Source: Podarcis filfolensis (Eukaryota). From it: a DNA stretch of 64,000 nucleotides. The DNA lies in the NCBI GenBank assembly GCA_964270895.1, contig OZ185437.1; one strand, written 5' to 3'. The notes below the pieces were generated by a model that saw only the letters and a program-made list of their open reading frames with translations, was not told where the DNA came from and ran no database searches. Shown piece by piece: positions 1 to 11,200 of this stretch (positions are counted from its first letter, which is position 1; every line of letters begins with the position of its first letter). The position numbers were made by a program, and so were the translations under genes.

Positions 1-337
1 CCCTGACCATTAGGTCCAATCGTGGCCGACTCTGGGGTTGCAGCGCTCATCTCGCTTTATTGGCCAAGGGAGCCGGTGTACAGCTTACGGGTCATGTGAC
101 CAGCATGACTAAGCCACTTCTGGCGAACCAGAGCAGCGCACAGAAACGCCATTTACCTTCCCGCTGGAGCGGTACCTATTTATCTACTTGCACTTTGATG
201 TGCTTTCGAACTGCTAGTTGGGCAGGAGCAGGGACCGAGCAACAGGAGCTCACCCCATCGCGGGGATTCAAACTGCCGACCTTCTGATCGGCAAGTCCTA
301 GGCTCTGTGGTTTAACCCACAGCGCCACCCACGTCCC
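1..337 (-). mobile_element. Sauria SINE (tail end cut by the window edge)
   Basis: Same sequence as the copies at 6797 and 8794; tRNA-like head GGGACGTGGGTGGCGCTGTGGGTTAAACC on the minus strand. Confidence 0.88.
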
Positions 338-915
338 TGGATAGGATTGGATGGATAGGATTGTACTAAAAGTATCTCATCCTGCTTCCTACCCCTCTTC
401 TGACAATGCAGTATCAATTTCCATCCAAATGCACTGACTACTAGAAGCAGGTGAAAAGTCAAAGTTTGGACTTTGAGTAATGTTAGTGGATGAGCGTTTG
501 ACACTCCTAGGTGCATTTTGCAACAAGGAATTTCATTGGCGCGAGCAGTTTCTGAGCTCTGGGTACAGTACAGCTCCTGAGAATTCAGATTAAAACTACA
601 GAATGGAAGGAAAGGAGGACCATTTTTTGTCCCTCCCACATCCAGCTATTCTTTGAAGGCTGGAGAAGAGACCCTCTTAAGAATATTAGGGTGGTGGGCA
701 GGGGAAGGACTAGACCATGTGAAAATGAACGTAAGAATTTAGCTGCAGTTCATTCATTTTCAGCTTTGTATTTTCATTATAAAAAAAATGTACCTAGACA
801 TTCTGCTGTTGCGCTCATAACCTAGGTACAAGGTGCAATTTAGCACCTAGCTTTCATATCTCAGTTTCTAACACTGGAGTGAGTGAGTGAGTGAATGGAT
901 GGGATTTACCTAGGG

Positions 916-1051
916 CAGGAATCCCCAAACTCGGCCCTCTAGATGTTTTGGGACTACAAGTCCCACCATCCCTAGCTAACAGGACCAGTGGTCAGGGGTG
1001 ATAGGAACTGTAGTCCCAAAACATCTGGAGGGCCGAGTTTGGGGATGCCTG
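916..1051. mobile_element. Palindromic hAT MITE (~136 bp)
   Basis: Perfect 8-bp TSD ACCTAGGG (908-915 and 1052-1059); near-perfect hairpin. Confidence 0.9.
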
Positions 1052-1334
1052 ACCTAGGGAGCCCTGTAAGCAGAAGGCTCACACAAAAACTTCTGCTTAT
1101 TCCATGGGGCTTTCCCCCTCTCCTCCCCCACCACATGCCCCCCAAAATTGGCTCAGGGGAGTCGGGGGAAACCCCAGAACAGTACAAGGGGAAGGATCAT
1201 TCCACCTGACAGGCTGAAATGCTTCTGCAGACAGAACGTTCGTGAGAGTGTGACATTGGATTCCACCTGGAATATTTAATTATTGCAAAATTTCTGTAAC
1301 TGATGAACACTGTGAGGTTGGAACAAAGCTATTA

Positions 1335-1336
<2 letters not shown>

Positions 1337-1366
<30 letters not shown>
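1337..1366. repeat. (CA)n microsatellite
   Basis: Direct reading. Confidence 0.95.
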
Positions 1367-1368
<2 letters not shown>

Positions 1369-2328
1369 TGCACAGTTGCAAAAAAGACGTAAGAGCAGCA
1401 CATTTAGGCGCTGAAGGCTAAAAAGAAGCTTAAATGTTTATGGCAAGAGTCAGATTTACCCCAGTTCTTTCTGCCTTTCCTGACTTAATGAGCCATTGGC
1501 CTCAAGGCCCAAGATCTGTTCAGACAGACTATTTAATGTTTATCATTAAGTTCAGCATTCTGCTGTGCTTAACTGTGCTTCTCTTGTATTTAGGATCTGT
1601 TTACTAGCATATTTAGAATCGGTATAAATAGGATGGTATATCCCTCGGAGACAAAATGTATAATGTGCCTTTCTTGAACCTTTCCCATTTAGATGCACAT
1701 ATAATATTACTGACCTACTGTTATCTGCTGCCCCCAGCTGTCCTGAGTTGATTTAGGAAGATTATCCATCTGGTGCATATGGAAAGCTCGTGTGGACAAT
1801 CCTGGTGCTGACTGAAAAGATGTGTGGCTTTTTTCTTTAGTGGAGAGATGTTTGGTGCCAAGTGTGGTGGATTGCCATCACACTCTAAGGGACAACACCC
1901 CCCCCCCAAAAAAAAAATAAACCAGACATATTTCTGGAAAGCATAGCTGAACTAGTATACAGTACTAACTTGTATCAACAATTTGGTGTCAGGTATCTCA
2001 AAAAGAGTGTAGTAGATTAAAAAGTCCATACCGGGGATGAAAATGACCATATCATTCGGCATTTTTCTGCAACTAATTCTAAAACAGGGTGATAAAATCA
2101 GGGTTGCCGTGACCATGAAGCCTGGTGAGGCGGCCACCTTGGGTGGCAGAAGCCCAAGAGGTGCCCCACACCACTGGCAATATCTTACTGAAATCTCACG
2201 AGATCTCGCGGGATTTCATCAAGCTTACACACTGCTGCCACTTAGTGACTGCCGCAGCACAACCCATGTAAGAGAGGAACAAAAGGGCTGTTCTGGAAAG
2301 TGTCCCATGTCTGGGCTCACTTTGAAGA

Positions 2329-2575
2329 AGAAGAAGAAGAGTTTGGATTTGATATCCTGCTTTATCACTACCCTAAGGAGTCTCAAAGCAGCTAACAATC
2401 TCCTTTCCCTTCTTCCCCCACAACAAACACTCAGTGAGGTGAGTGGGGCTGAGAGACTTCAGAGAAGTGTGACTGGCCCAAGGTCACCCAGCAGCTGCAT
2501 GTGGAGGAGCGGGGAATCAAACCCGGTTCACCAGATTACGAGTACACCGCTCTTAACCACTATACTAACCCCAGA
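2329..2575 (-). mobile_element. tRNA-derived SINE with (CTT)n tail, Squam3-like
   Basis: Minus-strand head TAGTGGTTAAGAGCGG...GGTTTGATTCCCC (pol III A/B boxes); near-identical copy at 34103-34350. Confidence 0.75.
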
Positions 2576-3531
2576 CCCCCAAAATACTGGAATACACCCT
2601 GCTTCCTGCCAAACTGGTTGTTATATATCAGAGACAGCTAAAAAAACCCCTCATCTATATAGTTGAAAAGAGAGAAAAAGAGAGAGATTCTTATTTGTAT
2701 ATGTGACATCATTATAATTCCATTAATGTGAGCTGTCATATAGACAACTCTGTTTGGCTTCATTAAGGGGTTTTCCAAGCCCACGCAGGAAAGACAGAAA
2801 AGGAACGAGCTAATCTTGACTATTTTCAAAAGGACTATAAATTTATTTAAAACTGCGCGGTGCTCCTGTATAATTGCCAGTATAAATCAGAATAGCTCTA
2901 TTAAAGCAAATGAAATCACTCTGATTAAAACCAGCACAAGTTCTAGTTCCAAGACGCAGGCAATTCACGTCCTCATACAACAACTTATGTCCTTGCTTTC
3001 CAACTGCTGAAGAAGGATCTGCATTTGCCTAACAAGGGCATTCCTCTTGGGAGCAAACTCCGACTGCGGTTTACAAAATCCTTTTTGCAGACCCCATTTA
3101 AGCTCCCAGCCTCTTGTTACCATCCCTTTTCCATTGACAACGACCATCCATTCATCTTTAGAGCTTCTGCTTACATACTGATGTTAAATCCAATAAAACA
3201 AAGTAATAAATATCCTCCCCCATCCATATCCTCCCTTCTTAATGTGTCCATAAATTTCTAGCCAAGACTAGTCGGTAATAACACGTACAAAGCTTGCACA
3301 CATTAAAAAAACAGCGATTGAAAGTAAGCCGAGACATGGGCTATATCTGACCGCATTGCTCAGATGATGGTCAAGCTCCCATCTGCAGGATAGGAATCAA
3401 AACAATTTTTGGTGGCCACAGGTGTAGGTGGGTTCAGACATGACCCAAGACCAGATTTCAGCTCAAAAGGATTTATTGTAGCAACAGGAACAAGACTGAC
3501 AAACAGGGGCACTTGGACCAGTATATTTACC

Positions 3532-3930
3532 TTAAAGGTAAAGGTAAAAGGTAAAAGGTAAAGGACCCCTGGAAGGTTAAGTCCATGCAAAGGCAACTAA
3601 GGGGTGCAACGCTCATCTCGCTTTCAGGCCGAAGGAGCCGGGGTTTATCCACAGACAGCTTTCCGGGTCATGTGGCCAGCATGACTAAACCACTTCTGGC
3701 GCAAGGAGACACCGTGATGGAAACCAGAGTGCACTGAAACGCCGTTTACCTTCCTGCCTCAATGGTACCTATTTATCTACTTGCACTGATATGCTTTCAA
3801 ACTGCTAGGTTGTCAGGAGCTGGGACAGAGCAACGGGAGCTCACCCCGTTGCAGAGATTCGAACTGCCAGCCTTATGATTGGCGAGCCCAAGAGGTTCAG
3901 TGGTTTAGAACACAGTGCCACCCACATCCC
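3532..3930 (-). mobile_element. Sauria SINE, diverged subfamily
   Basis: Repeated ACCTTT-like tail, homologous body and tRNA-like head. Confidence 0.85.
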
Positions 3931-4780
3931 TTAAGCCAGCCAAGGCAAAACACACAACCCACCTGTGATAGGTCGCCTTAATGCTGCAATTAGCAAATCA
4001 CAACAATGCCCTATCTCAGCAGGGATTGGCTGCCTGCCAGTTCCTAACAATGTCATTGGAGGGTTTTAGAATCCTCTCTGTCTTTTGTTATGCAGATGGA
4101 GCTCCGGGAGGCCTTAAGGCCTAGGCCAGCATTGCATGCATATAGCCTGACTTTGGCCTCCAATGCCTGCATACATCATCACCACCACCACCCTAAATCT
4201 GCTCTGGACCATCTCCCAACCCTTGAGTAAATTTAGGGATTGGGGGACTTTTCCTTCCTTTCCTGTTCCACTGACTGAAGCTTTAACATCAAGTGAGCAA
4301 CACCACTGAATGAATGAATACATACATACATACATACATACATGATTTCAATTGTATGCAACCTTTCCATAGTTCAAACCATACTCAAGGCAGCTTGCAA
4401 CATTAAAAAAAATTGCATAATTACTAACATAACAAAAGTAGTCATAAACAATGAATAGAACATCAAAAAGTACACAACACAATTAAACAATTTCCACATA
4501 ACGATACAGTGGTACCTTGTTTTTTGAGTGTCTCGGAAGATGAATGTTTTGGTTTTCGTACACAGAAAACCCAGAAGTAAATGCTTCTGTTTTCGAATGT
4601 GCCTCAGAAGTTGCCACAGCAACTTTCTATTTTTATATTAATATGTTAATAAACAATGAGTGTGAAATGCATGGGGAGGAACAAGTGCACAACCCATGAA
4701 ATGGGGGTGTCCTGTGTCTTCCTCCTTGTGGAAATATCACTAGAAGCAGGCACATCAACCCGTAAGTAGTAACCATTGTA

Positions 4781-5076
4781 CAGTGGTACCTCGTGTTACA
4801 AATGCCTCAGATTACAAACGCTTCAGGTTACAAACTCCGCTAACCTGGTACAGTGATACCTCAGGTTACAGACGCTTCAGGTTACAGACTCCGCTAACCC
4901 AGAAGTAGTACCTCAGGTTAAGAACTTTGCTTCAGGATGAGAACAGAAATTGCATGGTGGCGGCACAGCAGCAGTGGGAGGCCCCATTAGCTAAAGTGGT
5001 ACCTCAGGTTAAGAACAGTTTCAGGTTAAGAACGGACCTCCAGAACGAATTAAGTTCTTAACCCGAGGTACCACTG
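4781..5076. mobile_element. Tc1/mariner-type MITE with doubled left end
   Basis: TIR CAGTGGTACCTC, TA TSDs, second left end at ~4851. Confidence 0.85.
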
Positions 5077-5511
5077 TATAAGGCTTTTAAAGTTCAAAAT
5101 CTGCCAGCAGATGTCACTGTTGCCCTATGCCTTTCATTGGAGAGAAACCTGCCAACCCCACATACAAAAATGTCCCAAGAACCAGTCCAATATGGGTAGA
5201 CTATGCAGCATCTTGTGAGGCCAAATTGCTAGTCAGGCAGCAGGCTAAATAAACACTTTAGTTTGCATAACACAGTGTAGCCCTCTTAACTTTTATGTAC
5301 AATATGGTCAGAGGGTCCAACTCTTGTATTTTAAACGGCAATTCCAAGCTTGCAGGGCTGAATATTAACATTGACTGAGGCACGCAAGCTCCATTAGTTT
5401 TTCTTCCCCCCCCCCCACAGAACCAATGGCTATTATTAATTAATTTCATATAGTGCCCTATACCCGCAGGTCTCAGGGTGGTTCACAGGATTAAAAAACC
5501 AAAGCAAACCA

Positions 5512-5738
5512 AGAAAGGAGATTCTGATGAAACATCAGGAAGAACTTTCTGACACCAAGCACTGTTCCTACAGTGGAACAGATTCCCACAAGAAATGGCA
5601 CACTCTTCGTCCTATGAAGTTTTTTGAACAGAAAGTTGGATAGCCATCTGCCATGGATGCTTTAGTTGAGATTCCTGCATAGCAGGGGGTTGGACTAGAT
5701 GACCCTCAGAACTCCCTCCAACTCTACAATTCTATGAT
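5512..5738 (+). mobile_element. CR1 LINE 3' end
   Basis: AGGAAGAACTTTCTGAC...GGGTTGGACTAGATGACC...ATTCTATGAT terminus. Confidence 0.75.
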
Positions 5739-6296
5739 GGGGTTTCCTACTTCTTGCAGAGTCTTTTGCCGCTCCAAGCTGCTCCTCCTGTTTCTGGACA
5801 AGGGAGGGAACAGCTCAAAACGCCTGCTAAGAGGCTCCCACCCCCCACCCCAAATGAATAAAGCACCTCTGGCTGTGGGCAATGCCTGCTGTTCCTTCTT
5901 GGCTCCTGCTTTTGAAAGAGAAAACACAGAGAGGGAGAGAGGTGTGAGCTTGGTGCACTCGGCTTTCCAAGGGTTAAAATGAACTGGGCTGGATTTCTAG
6001 AATGAACTGGAGGATCAGTGTGTGTGCTTGGTGTGGGAGCTGTTTGAAACACCAAAGTGAACTCCTAGGTAGGCAGAACTGTTTACCTTAGAGTTGCCAT
6101 ATTTCAAAAAGTGAAAATCCAGACACAGGTTGCCAAATTCTCCCTCTCAAAAAATTCGCCAAAAGCTGTTCACGAGAGCTATGTCTGGGAAATTCTGGAC
6201 TAATGGCAATCCTAGAGTTTACCGTTTTTTTGATGCTTGTCTGCATTGATTTGGGAGAAACAGGCCTGGTTCACATGCAACACTTTACTGTTAGGG

Positions 6297-6554
6297 CAGG
6301 GGTAGGCAACCTAATGCCTGTGGGCTGGATGTGGCCCAAATGCCTTCTCAATCCAGCCCACGGACGGTCCAGGAATCACCGTGTTTTTACATGAGTAGAA
6401 TGTGTCCTTTTATTTAAAATGCATCTCTGGGTTATTTGTGGGCATAGGAATTCGTTCATTCTCCCCCCCCCCCCCGCAAAAATATAGTCCGGCCCACCAC
6501 ATGGTCTGAGGGACGGTGGACCGGCCCATGGCTGAAAAAGGTTGCTGACCCCTG
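6297..6554. mobile_element. Non-autonomous hAT element (CAGGGGT TIR)
   Basis: CAGGGGTAGGCAACC...GGTTGCTGACCCCTG, degenerate 8-bp TSD (..TTAGGG); second, truncated copy at 41353-41730. Confidence 0.75.
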
Positions 6555-6796
6555 CATTAGGGCATACCATTTTAGAGGGCAAAACTGAATTATATTAACT
6601 TAGCCAAAATATCTTTAGAATTACCAAGTCATGTCACAACACTTTGGCACCCATTTTTGAAATTTGAAAAATTCAACGAACCCTACCATACCACGGTTTA
6701 TTAAACCATGGTTTTCATCCTCCAAACCCAGCACAGCAGCTTAACCATGGGTTATTAACTACCACCAAACCATGCTGGATTCACAGTTGGCTTATA

Positions 6797-7145
6797 GGTA
6801 AAGGGACCCCTGACCATTAGGTCCAGTCGTGGCCGACTCTGGGGTTGCGGCGCTCATCTCGTTTTATTGGCCGAGGGAGCCGGCGTACAGCTTCTGGGTC
6901 ATGTGGCCAGCATGACTAAGCCGCTTCTGGCGAACCAGAGCAGCGCACGGAAACGCCATTTACCTTCCCGCCGGAGTGGTACCTATTTATCTACTTGTAC
7001 TTTGACGTGCTTTCGACCTGTAGGTTGGCAGGAGCAGGGACCAAGCAACGGGAGCTCACCCAGTTGTGGGGATTCGAACCGCCAACCTTCTGATCAGCAA
7101 GTCCTAGGCTCTGTGGTTTAACCCACAGTGCCACCCGCGTCCCTA
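6797..7145 (-). mobile_element. Sauria SINE with 12-bp TSD
   Basis: AGTTGGCTTATA at 6785-6796 and 7146-7157. Confidence 0.9.
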
Positions 7146-7707
7146 AGTTGGCTTATAAACTATGGTTAATTGTGCAAACCCAGCCACTGACAGATTTAAA
7201 GCACTGGAAAGCTATGTGCCGCCACTATTAAGTGAAGCACCGATTCCAGGAAAAATCAGTTTTTAAAAAAAAAAAAAAGCAAAAAAGGGAGGGTTGAGGG
7301 GGTGGTATCCACTTAGCAGGATTGTACAGGTAGCAAGCTATTTCTGTTCCCTAAAGTCTTTAATCTGTATCCCTCAGGTACTTTGTAACCTTGATGGGAG
7401 CATGAGTGTCCTTGAGGCAGTGTGTTCCTATTTGAAAATTACTGTTCCAAAAAGGTTTACTTTAAATGATGTCAGAGCAGACCTATTGTACACAACCATT
7501 TCCTTGTAGTTTGCTTCCCCCTTTTCCTTTTCGAGACAACTATTTTCTAAGTCGCGCACAAACTGTGTTGGTTCATAAGAAGAGAAAATCTCCAAAAGAG
7601 CAATACCTTTATTGGGACAAACCAAAATGTCGCAAAAACGGGATAAGCTTTTAGTTTCTAAAACTATCAGGAAAGAAGTTACACAAAAGCAATAGTTTGT
7701 TTATGTT

Positions 7708-7713
7708 TTTATT
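7708..7713 (-). terminator. Candidate CENPF polyadenylation signal (AATAAA)
   Basis: TTTATT on the plus strand ~300 nt past the stop codon; a second one at 7608-7613; no transcript evidence. Confidence 0.35.
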
Positions 7714-8008
7714 ACATTTTGGGAGGGAGGAGGTGGATGAAAAAACTAAATGGACAAAATTATTATTCATTAAATGTGTATATCGCCCTTCATCCATAGA
7801 TCTCAGGGTGGTTCACAACGTAAAATTGCAATATAAAAAATGCAAAATATATAATAAAGATAAGAACAAAAACAACCCAGTAATCTCCTCCTCCCGCAAC
7901 ACATTTAAAAGAGCATCAGATGTCAATCAGCCAAATGAAATCTTCTTTCAGGATTTTCAGTTCCTAAACAACCCTTTGCTCTCACCATTTCAAGTCCAGA
8001 ATCCAGAT

Positions 8009-8206
8009 TTACTGCACGTGGCAGGCTTTGTCCAGCTCGTTTTCTTCAGTACTTTGAGGGCTTTTCGTTTCAATTGCACTGGGGGTCCTAGCAGATCTTC
8101 CATCAACTGCTTGGGCTGACTGGTTGCAAGCTGAAAGGGGAGACCTGGGAGCAAATCCCAAGGGCGAAGCAGCAGCTAGGATTTCTTGCAGCCGCACGTC
8201 ATTTAT
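8009..8206 (-). CDS. CENPF: CENPF last coding exon, ends in CAAX farnesylation motif CHVQ
   Basis: INDVRLQEIL...ENELDKACHVQ*; CCCAG acceptor; human CENP-F ends CKVQ. Confidence 0.88.
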   Translation of the reverse strand: MNDVRLQEILAAASPLGFAPRSPLSACNQSAQAVDGRSARTPSAIETKSPQSTEENELDKACHVQ

Positions 8207-11200
8207 CTGGGAACACAGACACACAGAAAAAGTATACATGTATCAATCCATGCAAGGAAGACGTTTATTGATTCCAATGGCGAGGACTACTTTTCGCATT
8301 TCTGAGTCTAGTAGCGGAGCTGAAGGCCATGTTTTTCAAAAGTCAGTTGGATTGGCCTACTGAACCCTTGCCCTGCTCCCATGTAAGCCTCATCATTGCC
8401 TCTTATGGTCAGCTGGCTGGACCTGCTCAAAGTCCACTTTTTGATGGAGAAAGGTGTAAGGAAAAGAGGGACTTGTTATTGTTATTATTCCAGCACTGAG
8501 GCACTAGATCATATGAGCAGAGATGTTTCAAACAAGACCTTTGTCAGAATGTAGAATGTGGGAGGCAGCAGCTGCAAGTTGCCGGTCTCTGCAGCCACAG
8601 CAGGCGCTGTGATTCTCCAGTGGTTTGACTTCACCCCTAGAGGCACACTCCATTGTCTCTTGAGACAGATGCCAACAATGAATGAAGTGCAAAATTTAAC
8701 TGCTGGTTTTAGAATTTGGCATCCTAATTTTCTAGATGTATGAGGAAATTAGCAAAGGATTCTGTGTTTTGTTTATGTAGTTATATTGTATTAGGTAAAG
8801 GTAAAGGGACCCTGACCGTTAGGTCCAGTCGCGGACGACTCTGGGGTTGCGGCGCTCATCTTGCTTTACTGGCCGAGGGAGCCGGCGTACAGCTTCCGGA
8901 TCATGTGGCCAGCATGACTAAGCCGCTTCTGGCAAACCAGAGCAGCGCATTGAAACGCCGTTTACCTTCCCGCTGGAGTGGTACCTATTTATCTACTTGC
9001 ACTTTGACGTGCTTTCGAACTGCTAGGTTGGCAGGAGCTGGGACCGAGCAACGGGAGCTCACCCCGTCACAGGGATTCAAACCGCCGACCTTCTGATCGG
9101 CAAGTCCTAGGCTCTGTGGTTTAACCCACAGCGCCACTCGCGTCCCTTATATTATATTATATTATTATTAGGTTAAACTATTATTATTGTTATATGTATT
9201 TATACTCCACCTTTTTCTCAGACTGAGACTGAAGATGGCTTACAGATAAAAATACAAAAAAGCAGGCAAAAGAGAAAAAGCAAAAAACATAGAAAAGTTA
9301 GCCATTAACGATTAATTAAGCACTAATGGAATGAAAACAATATAAAGAAATCAATTAAAAATACTGATTGTAACAACAAGAAAACCATGGCAATACTTGC
9401 CCTTGCCTTAAAAAGTCAGTTTCCAAAGGCCTAATGGTAGAAAAAGGCCAATGGCAGAGAGACAACAAGAAGGGAGCCAGTCTAAATTCTCTAGGAAGGG
9501 AGATTCAAAGTCTGGAAGCAGTACAGCGACCAACAGCCTTGATTCAGAGGGATCTACAAACAGCAGTATGCCCAGGCCAAACTGGTGTGAAAGCTCTGAG
9601 AACAGTAAATCTCCACTTTTGAGATAACTAGAGGACATGAATGCAACACTCCCATTCCTAAAGGGGAAGGGGTGAGGCCGGCTTTAGCTCTTCAATTCCA
9701 TCCGCACCATGCAAAAAGGGACCAGCACTGAGAACACCAGCCACTACTTTGGGTACTGCATGCACAAATGCCCAGTGCTGGAAATACCATACACATATCC
9801 AAGCAGCTGGTTTGGGTATCCAGTGCCAGGAACCGCAGGTATAGAAATCCAGCAAGAAATGGGACAGGTGCAGGGTTTTGCATAGACGGTAAGATTCGGT
9901 TCATGGGGGATAAGGCTATCAGAACCACTAGGCATGATGGCTGTGTACTATCTCCGGTGTTAGAGGCAGTGTACCTATCAATCAGTAGCTGAGAACTGCA
10001 AGTTAGGACAGTGCTATTGTGCTCATGCCCTGCTTGCAGGCTTCTCACAGGTAACCGATTGGCCAAGGATGGGCCTTTGGCAAGATTCAGCAGGCCTCTT
10101 TTCTGTGTTATTCTATAAGTTTTCTGGTTAGATTTAATAGTCAGACCCAAAGCTTTCAGAACAAGAAAACTAGACCTTAACTATACACCTACACACCAGG
10201 TATCTGAAAGCTCATACCAATAACAAACTTGGTCTCTAAGGTGCCACTGGAAGGAATTTTTTTTATTTTGTTTCGACTACGGCAGACCACACAGCTACCT
10301 ACCTGTAACTATACACCTATGTATTTAGCACTCACTCCAGGTAGGTACTCAGTTAAGTGTTTTAAAGACACAAAAACCCAAAAACATCCCTTTTAAGTTC
10401 TTGAACATGTACCATGATTCCATACAGGCTTCATGATTTGTAAGCCAAATCTACACAACAAAGTTCTCTTCAGATTTTATAATTGGGGGTGTGGGGAGGA
10501 GCCATACAAGATCTCTGCTGCTAATTTATGGTCACTTCCTCCTATATTCACTTTTTCCATCTTCACGCTGATATGCTCACAACTTGTATAAGTAGAACGT
10601 GACACTCCCATAACCACTTGCTCAGATACATTCACAATCTGAATTTCTTGTGCTTTGGTACATTCAAACTCATGTTTAATAATACGCGCAAGTTACCTTT
10701 TGTAGTTTGCTGCCCTCTGGTGTTGCTTTTTGGTTTTCAAGCAAGCAGTCGCTCTCAGTTGTTTGGGAGTGATCAGTAAACGGTGGTGATCTCAAGCTTG
10801 GAAGGACAAGACAGGGGCTCGCTCTGGGAATTAGATATGCCCTGTGGGAAATGCAAGAGCTGCCATTTCCTAGAGGAACATCAGAAGATCCTGAGGGAGG
10901 AAAGTGCGTGGTGATCATTGTTTGTTACATTTTAAAAACTATGACAGGAATAAAAACAAAAAAGAAATAAAAAGGAAAACAACAACCAACTGTTTAAAAA
11001 CGGTTGCCAGCTCGCTTTTTGGGTCCAATTCAAGGTGCTCATATTACAGTGGTATCTCGGGTTACAGACGCTTCAGGTTACAGACTCCGCTAACCCAGAA
11101 ATAGTAACTCGGGTTAAGAACTTTGCTTCAGGATGAGAACAGAAATCATGCTCCGGCGGCGCGGCAGCAGTGGGACGCCCCATTAGCTAAAGTGGTGCTT

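Noticed and set aside
60-287. Recurrent ORF family MAEGAGVQL...KPLLANQSS (also 6867-7121, 8740-9096, 33785-34048) that looks like a small gene family
   Set aside because: These are antisense reading frames of Sauria SINE copies, not genes
2500-2575. tRNA-like sequences (also at SINE heads elsewhere)
   Set aside because: They are pol III A/B-box heads of SINEs continuing into SINE bodies; I could not support a complete cloverleaf tRNA gene
2037-2666. 209-aa plus-strand ORF
   Set aside because: It runs through a SINE, has no splice context, and shows no recognisable homology
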